Shown: positions 49,254 to 59,374 of the stretch, in pieces | How positions within the stretch are numbered: the first letter of the stretch is position 1 | How the letters are laid out: each line of letters begins with the position of its first letter | Origin: an uncultured Pelagibacteraceae bacterium | Lineage (GTDB): Bacteria; Pseudomonadota; Alphaproteobacteria; Pelagibacterales; Pelagibacteraceae | Length of the DNA: 64,000 bases | Direction: 5' to 3' | Assembly (NCBI GenBank): GCA_902576815.1 | Contig: CACGWQ010000005.1 | Span: forward strand, 887-64,886 | Translations under genes and position numbers: made by a program | Notes under the pieces: generated by a model | Told to the model about the DNA's origin: nothing | Database searches by the model: none | What the model saw: only the letters and a program-made list of their open reading frames with translations

Positions 49254-49619
49254 TTATTTAGGCTTAAATACTAGACAAGCTCCATTGTTGCAGTATCTTT
49301 TTCCTATAGGATCTGGGCCGTCATCAAAAATATGACCATGATGTCCTCCACATTTCTTACAATGGTACTCAGTTCTAGCATAACCAATATAGTGGTCAGT
49401 TTTAGTTTCAAAAACATCTGGAAGAGATTTATAAAAAGATGGCCATCCTGATCCACTTTCATATTTTGTTGATGATTTAAATAATTCAGTATCACAGTTA
49501 GCGCAGTGATATGTGCCCTCTCTTTTTTCATTGTTTAATTCACTTGAACCAGGACTCTCGGTTGCCTCATTGAATAAAATATTTTCTTGTTCTGGAGTTA
49601 AATTTGAATTTTTTTTCAT
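49254..49619 (-). CDS. msrB: Peptide-methionine (R)-S-oxide reductase
   Basis: CANC, SGSGWPSF, RTEYHC..C, GHIFDDGP, RYCNNG. Confidence 0.93.
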   Translation of the reverse strand: MKKNSNLTPEQENILFNEATESPGSSELNNEKREGTYHCANCDTELFKSSTKYESGSGWPSFYKSLPDVFETKTDHYIGYARTEYHCKKCGGHHGHIFDDGPDPIGKRYCNNGACLVFKPK

Positions 49620-50512
49620 TATAAAAATTTAGCACATGTTTTATGTAAACTAGAATGTAATTCTACTAGTTTGTTAAAATCTTTGTTGTATCCACCTCCT
49701 AATACTCCACATATAGGAATTTTATTTGAGAAGAAATTATCAATAACTAACTCATCTCTTTCAAATATACCATTATCAGAAATTTTTAGTTTACCCAACC
49801 TGTCATTATAGTGAATATCAACTCCAGCGATATAGAAAACAAAATCAAACTCTACTTCATTTAAATATTTTAGATTATTTTTTAAAATATCAATATATTC
49901 TCTATCTTCTAAATTTTCCTCTAATTCAATATCAAGATCACTTACTGATTTTTTTGCCGGATAATTAATTTTCGAATGCATACTGAATGTAAAGACTTGA
50001 TTATTATTTTTAAATATTTCTGAGTTGCCATTACCTTGGTGAACATCTAAATCAATAATTAAAATTTTATTTGCTAATCCTCTTGAAGTTAAATATTTGG
50101 CTGCTACCGCAACATCATTAAAAACACAAAATCCAGCTCCTTCATTAGACGTTGCATGATGACTACCTCCTGCAGTATTACATGCTATGCCATAACTTAA
50201 AGCTAGCTTTGTAGCAAGCACTGTGCCTCCAGTTGCAATAAAAGACCTTCTAACTACGCTGTCAACTAAAGGAAAACCAATTTTTCTAATCTCGTTTTTA
50301 TCTAAAGTTTTATTTTTTATTTTATTTATATAATCTTCTGTATGTGCCTCTTTTAAAGTTTCTACTGAGCATGGCTCTGGAACATAGAAATTTTTAACTA
50401 TTTTATTTTTAATTAACGCTTTAGCTAATTCTCCAAATTTTTTTATAGGAAATTTATTGTCATCATTTAATTGAGCTTCATAATCTTTATGATTAACGAC
50501 AGGTAATTCCAT
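49619..50512 (-). CDS. Histone deacetylase family protein
   Basis: GGSHHA, GFCVFND, IDLDVHQGNG, SMH, AGVD, GGGY. Confidence 0.9.
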   Translation of the reverse strand: MELPVVNHKDYEAQLNDDNKFPIKKFGELAKALIKNKIVKNFYVPEPCSVETLKEAHTEDYINKIKNKTLDKNEIRKIGFPLVDSVVRRSFIATGGTVLATKLALSYGIACNTAGGSHHATSNEGAGFCVFNDVAVAAKYLTSRGLANKILIIDLDVHQGNGNSEIFKNNNQVFTFSMHSKINYPAKKSVSDLDIELEENLEDREYIDILKNNLKYLNEVEFDFVFYIAGVDIHYNDRLGKLKISDNGIFERDELVIDNFFSNKIPICGVLGGGYNKDFNKLVELHSSLHKTCAKFL

Positions 50513-50528
50513 AAAAAACTAGTAGGGA

Positions 50529-53183
50529 CTATATTTCCCAAGGATTATTCTTGTTATTGTTGAGATTATATTTACTAATCGCTTTTTCTAGTGTTTGTAA
50601 TGGGATTTTATTATCTTCATAAAGTGTATACAAAGAACTGACGACTATATGTTTGCTATCTACCTCAAAAAAATCTCTTAAATTTTTTCGTGTATCACTT
50701 CTTCCAAATCCATCTGTACCCATGGCTAAAAACTTATTATTTATGTGGCTAGAGATTAATTGTGAATATGCTCTTACATAATCTGACGTAGCAATTATAG
50801 GGTCGTCATTAGAAATTAGCTGCTGCAAATAATTTTGTTTTTTATTTGCAGGAGACAATGTGTTTTGTCTTAAAACTGATTTAGCATTTTTTTCTAACTC
50901 TGAATAGCTTGTTATGCTGTACAATCTTGAACCAATTCCATATTCATTTTTAAGTATATTAGAAGCTTCAATACATTCTCTAAAAATTGGTCCAGATCCT
51001 AATAGATTAATGTTTATTTTTTCATTTGATTGATCTTTGAAAAGGTAGCCACCTTTTATTATTCCATCTTTATTTTTTATATCAATTTTAGGATGTGAGT
51101 ATTTTTCGTTATTTACAGTAATATAATAAAATTCATCTTTGCATTCTGTCATCATTCTTTTCATTCCTTCATCAAATATAAAAGCTAGTTCACTTGCAAA
51201 ACAAGGATCGTAAGATTTTAAATTTGGAAAAGTTGAAGCAATTATATGACTTTGTCCATCTTGGTGCTGCAATCCTTCTCCAGCTAACGTAGTTCGACCA
51301 GCTGTTGCACCAATTAAAAATCCTCTTGGCATTTGATCGGCAGCGGCCCAAATCAAATCTCCTATTCTTTGAAAACCAAACATAGAATAAAAAATATAAA
51401 AAGGCATCATTGGAAAATTATGATTACTATAAGAAGTTGCTGCAGCTAACCATGAAGAAATTGCACCGGCTTCATTAATTCCTTCCTCTAATAATTGTCC
51501 TGTTTTTGATTCTTGATATTTCAAAATGGAAGTCGCATCTTCAGGTTCATATAACTGACCTTCTGGTGAATATATTCCAATTTGCGAAAATAAATTAGCC
51601 ATTCCAAAAGTCCTAGCTTCATCAGCGACTATTGGAACGACTCTTTTTCCAAACTCTTTATCTCTCATTATGTTTCCTAAAGATCTTACCAGTCCAGTCG
51701 TCGTTGAATATTCTCTGTCACTTTCTTCGAATAAAAAGTTTGAATGTTTTTCAATTTTTGGAGTTAATAATTCAACTTCTTTAAAGCTTCTTTTAGGTAA
51801 AGATCCTCCTAAAGCTTCCCTTCTTTTTTTTAAATATTTTATTTCCTCAGAATTTTCATCTGGTTTATAAAACTCCATATTTTCTAGTTTGTTATCTGGA
51901 ATATCTAATTGAAAACGATCTCTAAACTCTTTTAATGCATCAAGATTTAATTCCTTTTGTTGGTGGTTAGTCATTTTTGACTCGCCAGCTTTACCCATTC
52001 CATACCCTTTTTTTGTTTTAGCTAAAATGACTGTAGGTTTACCCTTAGTTTTAACAGCAGCATTAAAGGCAGCATAAAGTTTTTTAAAATCATGACCACC
52101 TCTTTTTAATTTATCAATTTCATCTTTACTAAGTGAAGAAACCAATTTTAAGACTTCTGGATCTTCTGCAAAAAAGTTTTTAAGGTTATACTCACCATCT
52201 CTTGCCCCTAAAGTTTGGTATTTTCCATCTACAGTTTTAGCAAAACGTTTTAATAACAAGTGATCTTTATCTTGTTGAAAAATTTTATCCCATTCAGATC
52301 CCCATAGAACTTTAATTACATTCCATCCATTAGCTTTAAAGATTGTCTCCAGTTCTTGAATTATTTGTCCATTACCTCTTACGGGTCCATCTAATCTTTG
52401 AAGATTACAATTTATAATAAAAGTTAAATTATCTAGCTTTTCTCTTGATGCGATAGATAATCCAGCCAAACTTTCGGGTTCATCCATTTCACCATCTCCA
52501 AATAAACCCCAAACTCTTTTATTTGTTTTTAATAAGTTTCTATTTTCTAAATATTTCATGAAACGAGCTTGGTAAATTGCATTAACTAAACCTATTCCCA
52601 TCGATGATGTGGTAAATGTCCAATAATCTCTCATCAAATATGGGTGACAGTATGAAGACAGTCCTTGTTCATTTAATTCTTGTCTATAATGTTCTAGATG
52701 ATTTTTTGTTAATCTTCCCTCTAAAAAAGATCTTGCATATATTCCAGTTGTACACTGGGATTGATAAAAAATTAAATCTGCTTCATCGCCACCTTTAAAA
52801 AAATGATTAAATCCCGTTTCAAATACTTCAGCAAAAGATGCATAACTTGCTATGTGCCCTCCAAGTCCACCATAATTTTTATTTGCTTTCATAACCATAG
52901 TTAAAGCATTCCATCTTAAAATTGCTGTTATTTTTTCTTCAATCGCTAAATCTCCAGGATAAATTCCTTGATCATATTGAGAGATGGTATTTCTATAAGG
53001 TGAATAAGGGACTGGTGAATATAAAACTCTTAAATCTTTTGCTCTTTTTTCAAGTTTTTCTAAAATTAGTTTGGCACCCTCTCTACCATGATTTTCAACA
53101 ACTGCATCTAGAGAATCTAACCAATCATTTAATTCTTGATTGTCTAATTTTTGGTTTTGGTTAGCTTTGAATTCTTTGCTCAT
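50529..53183 (-). CDS. aceE: Homodimeric 2-oxoacid dehydrogenase E1 (AceE/MdeB family), standalone
   Basis: GGHIASYAS, GDGEMDEPES...NCNLQRLDGPVRGN, EEGINEAG, YSMFGFQRIGD, GEGLQHQDG, GTDGFGRSD. Confidence 0.85.
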   Translation of the reverse strand: MSKEFKANQNQKLDNQELNDWLDSLDAVVENHGREGAKLILEKLEKRAKDLRVLYSPVPYSPYRNTISQYDQGIYPGDLAIEEKITAILRWNALTMVMKANKNYGGLGGHIASYASFAEVFETGFNHFFKGGDEADLIFYQSQCTTGIYARSFLEGRLTKNHLEHYRQELNEQGLSSYCHPYLMRDYWTFTTSSMGIGLVNAIYQARFMKYLENRNLLKTNKRVWGLFGDGEMDEPESLAGLSIASREKLDNLTFIINCNLQRLDGPVRGNGQIIQELETIFKANGWNVIKVLWGSEWDKIFQQDKDHLLLKRFAKTVDGKYQTLGARDGEYNLKNFFAEDPEVLKLVSSLSKDEIDKLKRGGHDFKKLYAAFNAAVKTKGKPTVILAKTKKGYGMGKAGESKMTNHQQKELNLDALKEFRDRFQLDIPDNKLENMEFYKPDENSEEIKYLKKRREALGGSLPKRSFKEVELLTPKIEKHSNFLFEESDREYSTTTGLVRSLGNIMRDKEFGKRVVPIVADEARTFGMANLFSQIGIYSPEGQLYEPEDATSILKYQESKTGQLLEEGINEAGAISSWLAAATSYSNHNFPMMPFYIFYSMFGFQRIGDLIWAAADQMPRGFLIGATAGRTTLAGEGLQHQDGQSHIIASTFPNLKSYDPCFASELAFIFDEGMKRMMTECKDEFYYITVNNEKYSHPKIDIKNKDGIIKGGYLFKDQSNEKININLLGSGPIFRECIEASNILKNEYGIGSRLYSITSYSELEKNAKSVLRQNTLSPANKKQNYLQQLISNDDPIIATSDYVRAYSQLISSHINNKFLAMGTDGFGRSDTRKNLRDFFEVDSKHIVVSSLYTLYEDNKIPLQTLEKAISKYNLNNNKNNPWEI

Positions 53184-53242
53184 TTAAATAATTATACACA
53201 AAAAATTAAAATTTAGATCCGTAAAAATTGTCTTAATTTAAT

Positions 53243-54193
53243 TTACTCAATGACCCTTTTTGGTTTACCAGATACAAAACTATCAAGATTCTCTATCATT
53301 TGATTATAGAAAGTTAGATAATTTTCGGCAGTTACGTAACCAATGTGAGGAAGCAAAAGAGCGTTTTGTACAAATCTGAGTTTGTGACTTTCCGGTAAAG
53401 GTTCTTTTTCATAAACATCCAAACCTGCTCCAGCAATAATATTTGTTGATAATGCTATAATTAAATCATCTTCATTAACTATTTCGCCTCTTGATGTATT
53501 TACTAAATATGAGGTTTTTTTCATTTTCTCAAATTCTTTAATAGTAATACAATCTCTATATCTATCTCCTCCTTGAACATGAATTGACAGAAAATCTGAA
53601 TTTTGGATTAAGTCATCCTTGCTGCACGGCAAAACATCAAGTTCTTTGCATTTATCTAAGTTTAAATTTTCACTCCAAGCCATAATTTGCATACCAAAAG
53701 CTTTACCAATTTTAGCAACTTGAGAGCCTACCCTACCTAATCCAAGTAAACCTAATATCTTACCTTTAAGCTCTACTCCAATAGTACTTTGCCAGTAGCC
53801 TTGGTACATATTATCTATTTCTGTTTTAAAATTTCTAGCAAGTCCTAAAATTAGTGCCCAAGTTAACTCAGGTGTTGGGTTACTATTGATTTCAGTACCA
53901 GTGACTACAACTTTATTTTTTTTAGCTGCATCTAAATTTATCGATTTATTTCTCATTCCACTAGTGGCAATTAATTTCAATTTTTTTAGACTCTCTATAA
54001 GTTTTTTTGTTATTTTTGTTCTTTCTCTCATTATAAAAAGTACTTCAAATTCTTTTAATTTTTCAATTGCATCATCCTCATTTTCAAATGGCTCATTAAA
54101 TACTTGAAATTCATATTTTGAAGATAATTTTTTTAAATCAATAAAATCTTTTGCAATATTTTGGTAATCGTCGAGTATAGCTACTTTAAGCAT
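53243..54193 (-). CDS. D-isomer-specific 2-hydroxyacid dehydrogenase
   Basis: Likely start MLKVAILDDYQ at 54193 (overlaps the upstream stop); MRERT, GLGRVG, NTSRG, PHIGY. Confidence 0.88.
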   Translation of the reverse strand: MLKVAILDDYQNIAKDFIDLKKLSSKYEFQVFNEPFENEDDAIEKLKEFEVLFIMRERTKITKKLIESLKKLKLIATSGMRNKSINLDAAKKNKVVVTGTEINSNPTPELTWALILGLARNFKTEIDNMYQGYWQSTIGVELKGKILGLLGLGRVGSQVAKIGKAFGMQIMAWSENLNLDKCKELDVLPCSKDDLIQNSDFLSIHVQGGDRYRDCITIKEFEKMKKTSYLVNTSRGEIVNEDDLIIALSTNIIAGAGLDVYEKEPLPESHKLRFVQNALLLPHIGYVTAENYLTFYNQMIENLDSFVSGKPKRVIE

Positions 54194-55088
54194 TTTTTTT
54201 GTTTGAAAGTAATATCCCTGAAATAATAAATATTCCACCGATATAATGGTAAAATAGTAATACTTCATCAAATATTATCATTGCAAGAATTGCTGCAAGA
54301 ATAGGCATTAAATGTAAATATATTCCTGCCCTATTTGCGCCTATTAAAGCAACACCCTTTATCCAGAAAAAAAAAGAAAGGATTCCAGGCAGCAAAACAA
54401 CATAAGATAAAACAAGAATGAAATTCATATTAATTATAATTCGATTGCCAATGTAAATATAATCTATTGCATACAATGGAATGAGAAACATTACTCCAAG
54501 ACCAATAACAACTTGAAGTAAAGTTATCGGAGATAATCCATAATTTTTTTTTTTTAAAAGTGCTGAATAAAGTGACCAGGATATCATTGCAAATAGTGCA
54601 AATAAATCTCCTTTTTCAAAAGCTAAATTTTTAAAGACTTCAAAGTCTGCTTTTGAAATTATAAATAATACACCTAACAAAGAAAATATAACTCCTAAAA
54701 CTTGAAAGGTATTTGTTTTTTCTATTTTTAAAATTATAGAAAATAAAATGATCATAACTGGAACAGTCGAGATCATAAGTACACCTGTAATAACTTGTGT
54801 AGTTTTTAAAGAATAAAAAAGTGCAGAATTAAAAATACTTACTGCGGTAATTCCTAAAAAGCACAACAAATAAAAATTTTTAAATATAATTTTTTTTTTT
54901 TGTAAAATTTCTTTGTATGTAAACGGGAGTAAAATAATGAAAGCTAAAGACCATCTTAAAATATTTAAAGAAATTGGAGGTATATTATTTAGGCCTGCAA
55001 TTTTACCAACTATGAAATTTCCAGACCAAAACAAAGTCGCCAAAAATAATAATATCGATGCAATTAAAATATTACTTTTATTATCCAT
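54186..55088 (-). CDS. DMT/EamA family transporter
   Basis: LFWSGNFIVGK, 10-TM pattern. Confidence 0.87.
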   Translation of the reverse strand: MDNKSNILIASILLFLATLFWSGNFIVGKIAGLNNIPPISLNILRWSLAFIILLPFTYKEILQKKKIIFKNFYLLCFLGITAVSIFNSALFYSLKTTQVITGVLMISTVPVMIILFSIILKIEKTNTFQVLGVIFSLLGVLFIISKADFEVFKNLAFEKGDLFALFAMISWSLYSALLKKKNYGLSPITLLQVVIGLGVMFLIPLYAIDYIYIGNRIIINMNFILVLSYVVLLPGILSFFFWIKGVALIGANRAGIYLHLMPILAAILAMIIFDEVLLFYHYIGGIFIISGILLSNKKNA

Positions 55089-55120
55089 TATAAAATAAAG
55101 GATACTATAAAAGAAAGTTT

Positions 55121-56383
55121 TTAACTAAACCTATTTGAACTATAAGGTTGCAGATCAAGGTTGGTTTTTTCTCCTGCTATCATATTAGATATAATTTTTC
55201 CAGAAATTGCTCCCAATGTCCAACCAAGATGATGATGGCCAAAAGAGTAAAATACATTTTGATAATTTTTTGATGGTCCTAATACAGGAAGGAAATCTGG
55301 CAATGTTGGTCTAAAACCTAACCACTCATCTTTGTGATCTGGTAAGCCGTCTAACATGTCTTTTGCATTCAAAATTAAATTTTTTATCCTAGATTTAGAA
55401 GGAGAATTTTCTAATCCTCCAAACTCTACAGTTCCTACAACTCTTAAACCTTGTTCCATAGGAGTCATACCAAAACCTCTGTTAGCGTATACTATAGGTC
55501 TAGAAATTAAATGATCATAATCTTTAAAATGAACATGATACCCTCTTTCTGTATCTAGAGGAATTTTTTCATGCAGTTTATCTGTTAATCTCTTGGAGAA
55601 TGCTCCACATGCTATGACCAATTTATCAAAAATAAATCTTTGAGTTTCTGTTCGAAGAACAGGTCTATCTTCATCAAAATCAATATTATTAATATTTAAT
55701 TTTAAAAATTTACCACCTTTGTTTACAAAATTTTCAAATAATTTGATTAAAATTTTTCGTGGGTTCCTTGCATGTCTTGCATAATCATAGAAAACTCCAC
55801 TATGGTAAAACGGCTTAAGATTGGGTTCTAGATCATGAATTTCTTTTTTATTTACCAATTGTTGTTTCACACCTAATTGATCTCTAATTTTAATTTCTAA
55901 TTCTCTGCTCTTGATGTTTTTATCTGTCCAAACATAGAGTATTCCATTATTCTCAACTAAATCTTCTAAATCTATTTCATCAAATAATTCATCAAAAGCT
56001 GGTAATGAATGATCTAATATTTGATGCATATTTTTTGCTGTATGCATCATTTTTTGTTCTGTACAGTTTAATACGAATTTTGCAAACCAAGGAATCATTT
56101 TAGGTACATAGTTCCATTTTAAAGCTAGTGGACCTCTTGAGCTAATTAGCATCGAAGGTACATCTGCTATTACATCTGGTCTATTTAGCGGAACTGAAGC
56201 GTATGGGGAAAAATGTCCAGCATTACCATAAGATGCTGCGCTACCCGGTTCCTCTCTGTCAAAGAGAGTTACTTGAAAACCTTTTTTTTGTAGAAACAAA
56301 GCATTACAAACCCCTTGTATTCCAGCACCTATAATACCGACTTTCTTATTTTTTTCATTCACATCACAAATATATTTTTTCAA
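55121..56383 (-). CDS. dadA: D-amino acid dehydrogenase (DadA-like FAD oxidoreductase)
   Basis: GAGIQG, ASYGNAG, ERGYH, WLGFRPTLPD, FGHHHLGWT; start may be GTG 56362. Confidence 0.8.
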   Translation of the reverse strand: MKKYICDVNEKNKKVGIIGAGIQGVCNALFLQKKGFQVTLFDREEPGSAASYGNAGHFSPYASVPLNRPDVIADVPSMLISSRGPLALKWNYVPKMIPWFAKFVLNCTEQKMMHTAKNMHQILDHSLPAFDELFDEIDLEDLVENNGILYVWTDKNIKSRELEIKIRDQLGVKQQLVNKKEIHDLEPNLKPFYHSGVFYDYARHARNPRKILIKLFENFVNKGGKFLKLNINNIDFDEDRPVLRTETQRFIFDKLVIACGAFSKRLTDKLHEKIPLDTERGYHVHFKDYDHLISRPIVYANRGFGMTPMEQGLRVVGTVEFGGLENSPSKSRIKNLILNAKDMLDGLPDHKDEWLGFRPTLPDFLPVLGPSKNYQNVFYSFGHHHLGWTLGAISGKIISNMIAGEKTNLDLQPYSSNRFS

Positions 56384-56433
56384 AATCTATAATACAGATG
56401 CTATTTGACCGCGGGTTTATTTAACTTAATTAT

Positions 56434-58584
56434 TTATTTACCTATAGATATCAATGTTAAGTCATCACTTAAATTTTTATTACCAGCTTTGTTAATAACT
56501 GCATTGGAAATATCTGATAATTGTTTGGTAGAATCTTTGTTATAATACTCTTCAATAATTGCTAATGAACCATCTATTCCAATTTCCTCGCCTGAACTGT
56601 TAAGACTTTCAGACAAACCATCGGTAAATGCGAAAAATCTATTGTTTTCTAATTTAATTTTGTGAGTTTTAAATACAGATTTATCTTTCTGCAATATTAC
56701 TCCCATTGGAGGAGAATTGCTTTCGAATTGTTCATACTCACCAGATTTCCTACGAATAATTGCAGGTTGGTGACCGCCATTTACCCATCTTATTTCATCT
56801 GACCTAATATTATACTCTCCCAATATACTTGTGACAAACATTCCACTAGTTTTTGTTAAAAACAAATCGTTGTTCATATGAAACATCATTTCGTCTGGGT
56901 CTACTTTGTCTCTAGACATTATTTCAAATAATGTGGATGCTTTTGCCATAACCATTCCAGCGTGTATACCTTTGCCAGCTACATCAGCAATTATAAAGTA
57001 AACACTATCATTATGGGGGTAAAAACTAAAAAAATCTCCTGATACTTCTCTTGCAGCAATATTTATTCCATGAACTGGATAATTTTCTAAATTTCTCTTT
57101 GGTAAAAAATTTTCTTGAACTTTTACAGCAAGTTTTACCTCATTTGAGATTCTATCTCTCCATTTTTGTTTTTCACTTTCACTTATCTCAAGCTTGCTCA
57201 TCAATTTGTTATAATAAAGACCAATAACTCCACCAGCTGTAAAAGGGTCTTGTGGTCCTCTTATAGTTAAATCACCTGACTCTGATTGTTTATCTAAAAT
57301 TGATATCAAATCGTGTTCTACAGAAGTTGCATTATGTTCAGCAATATTAAGTCCTAGCTCTTCATGAAGTGGGGTTACTCTTAAAGGATAAAAATAATTT
57401 AAAAATTTTAATAAAATGTAAGAACCAAAAAATGAGAATGCTCCAATTGAAACTACTCCAATGAATTGGGCTTTTATCTGCTCCAATCTTGTTAATCCTG
57501 TTCCAAGTATTTCAAGATCACTGAAAAGACCAACGGCTAAAGTACCCCATATTCCAGCAGCTAAATGAACAGGAACAGCACCAACAACATCATCAATTTC
57601 TAATTTATTTAATAATTCATTTACAAAAATTGCTATTATAGATCCAATTACTCCAACAAAGATAGATGTAATAGATGTCATTGAATTACATCCTGCTGTG
57701 ATTGCTACTAATCCTGCTAGTGGACCGAGTATAACATAATATGGATCTGGTTTTTTAAATAATGCAAATGATATTCCAAGGCCAGTTAACAATCCAAATG
57801 CAGCTGCAAGAAAAGTGTTAATTAATATTAATGGAACAGCTTCATTCATTGCACCATTACTTCCTCCATTAAAACCAAACCATCCAAACCATAAAATCAA
57901 AGTTCCAAGAACTGCTAGAGGAAAACTGGATCCAGTAAATTTTCCTTTGTTCGCATCAGAGTATTTTCCTATTCTAGATCCAAGTATTAATACTGCTGAC
58001 AAGGCTATCCAACCACCAACTGAGTGAACAATCGTGCTACCTGCAAAATCTACAAAACCAATATCAGTTAACCAACCATTTGTTTTCACTTGGCCTGTTA
58101 CGGCCAATAATTGTCTTGTTGCATCAATATTATTTAAGTAACTTGAAGACCATGCCCAATGTCCAACAATCGGATAAATAATGCCTGTTGCTATAATAGT
58201 TATTATTAAATAACCATTAAACTTCATTCTTTCAGCTACTGCACCTGAAACTATTGTTGCAGCTGTCGCAACAAACATCGCTTGAAAAACAAAATACGTC
58301 ATATACTCAGCTCTTTCAGTTTTAAAAAGAAATAAATCTGTTCCAAATAAACCATTAAAGCTTTTTCCAAACATAAGACCAAAACCAAACATCCAAAAAA
58401 CTACGACTGCAACACCAAAATCAGCTGCATTTTTTAAAGCAACATTTATGCTATTTTTGTGCCTAGACAAACCAGTTTCCATACACATAAACCCTGCCTG
58501 CATTATAAAAACTAGTATTGCACAATTTATAACCCAAAGTGTATCAACAAACGATATTATAGAATCCAAATTAATACTCTCCAT
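56434..58584 (-). CDS. Ammonium transporter (Amt) fused to a HAMP-like linker and PP2C/SpoIIE (RsbU-type) phosphatase
   Basis: Amt: MQAGF, FQAMF, SGAVAER, DFAGSTIVH, WFGWFGFNGGS, DDVVGAVPVH. Phosphatase: VQENFLP, SGDFF, ADVAGKG, FVT, NGGH, FTDGL, DDLTL. Confidence 0.93.
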   Translation of the reverse strand: MESINLDSIISFVDTLWVINCAILVFIMQAGFMCMETGLSRHKNSINVALKNAADFGVAVVVFWMFGFGLMFGKSFNGLFGTDLFLFKTERAEYMTYFVFQAMFVATAATIVSGAVAERMKFNGYLIITIIATGIIYPIVGHWAWSSSYLNNIDATRQLLAVTGQVKTNGWLTDIGFVDFAGSTIVHSVGGWIALSAVLILGSRIGKYSDANKGKFTGSSFPLAVLGTLILWFGWFGFNGGSNGAMNEAVPLILINTFLAAAFGLLTGLGISFALFKKPDPYYVILGPLAGLVAITAGCNSMTSITSIFVGVIGSIIAIFVNELLNKLEIDDVVGAVPVHLAAGIWGTLAVGLFSDLEILGTGLTRLEQIKAQFIGVVSIGAFSFFGSYILLKFLNYFYPLRVTPLHEELGLNIAEHNATSVEHDLISILDKQSESGDLTIRGPQDPFTAGGVIGLYYNKLMSKLEISESEKQKWRDRISNEVKLAVKVQENFLPKRNLENYPVHGINIAAREVSGDFFSFYPHNDSVYFIIADVAGKGIHAGMVMAKASTLFEIMSRDKVDPDEMMFHMNNDLFLTKTSGMFVTSILGEYNIRSDEIRWVNGGHQPAIIRRKSGEYEQFESNSPPMGVILQKDKSVFKTHKIKLENNRFFAFTDGLSESLNSSGEEIGIDGSLAIIEEYYNKDSTKQLSDISNAVINKAGNKNLSDDLTLISIGK

Positions 58585-58612
58585 TATTGTACTCTTAAGT
58601 TATTATTAATTT

Positions 58613-58641
58613 ATTATACATCAAAGAAGTTTGATGTTCAA
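58613..58641 (-). promoter_or_regulatory. Sigma70-type promoter for amt-PP2C with palindromic spacer
   Basis: Minus strand TTGAAC(58641-58636)-N17-TATAAT(58618-58613); inverted repeat catcaaa-N4-tttgatg at 58619-58636. Confidence 0.6.
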
Positions 58642-58647
58642 AATAGG

Positions 58648-58890
58648 TTAGTTGTTCTTTTTTCTCCAAATGAAGTAAAAAATATAAGGAATTGTAGCTG
58701 GAATAATTCCAAACCAAAACCATTCATCCCATCTAAAAGATTTATCTATCATTGGACTTCTTAATCCATTCCACCATGTTAAATATCCAATAAACAGAAT
58801 CCATGCTAAACTTGCAGTAATAAATATTTTAGTTTTTTTTGAACTATTATCAATTTTTAAAATAATTTCTTTTAGTTTTTCGAAGAACAT
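58648..58890 (-). CDS. Small Trp-rich two-TM membrane protein
   Basis: Two hydrophobic segments flanking TWWNG...FRWDEWFWFG; 5 bp downstream of the pilin gene. Confidence 0.72.
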   Translation of the reverse strand: MFFEKLKEIILKIDNSSKKTKIFITASLAWILFIGYLTWWNGLRSPMIDKSFRWDEWFWFGIIPATIPYIFYFIWRKKNN

Positions 58891-58895
58891 TAGAC

Positions 58896-59357
58896 TTAAC
58901 TTTCGCAGTCTTCAGCAGATGTTTTTTTTGGTTTGTTAGAAATATTATCAAACTTTATTTCGCATTTTTCTTTAGTATCGCTATTAAAGACTACAGTTGA
59001 TTCTGCAATGATTTCATAATTAATTGTATTTTTTTTTTGAACACAAAAAACAAAATCTATATTATCTGGAACTGGTACATTTAGAGCATCTGAACCAGAT
59101 ATTTTAGTGGTATTAGATGAATTTGGAGTACAACCGTCATCTTGAGTATAGTAATTTCCTTTATCTGAGTAATATTCTGTTTGAGCTAAAGCCATCTGCT
59201 GAATAATATTTTCAGCAGATTTAACTTTTGAACTAGTTACATAACCTGAATAAGCAACTACCCCAACAGCTGCCAATATTCCTATTATTCCGACAACAAC
59301 TAGTAACTCAATTAATGTAAAACCAGCATTTAGTTTTTTCAAACTGTATGAACTCAC
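58896..59357 (-). CDS. Type IV pilin-like protein (second/minor pilin)
   Basis: Prepilin cleavage G|FTLIELLVVV, hydrophobic helix, C-terminal Cys. Confidence 0.9.
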   Translation of the reverse strand: MSSYSLKKLNAGFTLIELLVVVGIIGILAAVGVVAYSGYVTSSKVKSAENIIQQMALAQTEYYSDKGNYYTQDDGCTPNSSNTTKISGSDALNVPVPDNIDFVFCVQKKNTINYEIIAESTVVFNSDTKEKCEIKFDNISNKPKKTSAEDCES

Positions 59358-59374
59358 TAAGTAAGATTACAATC

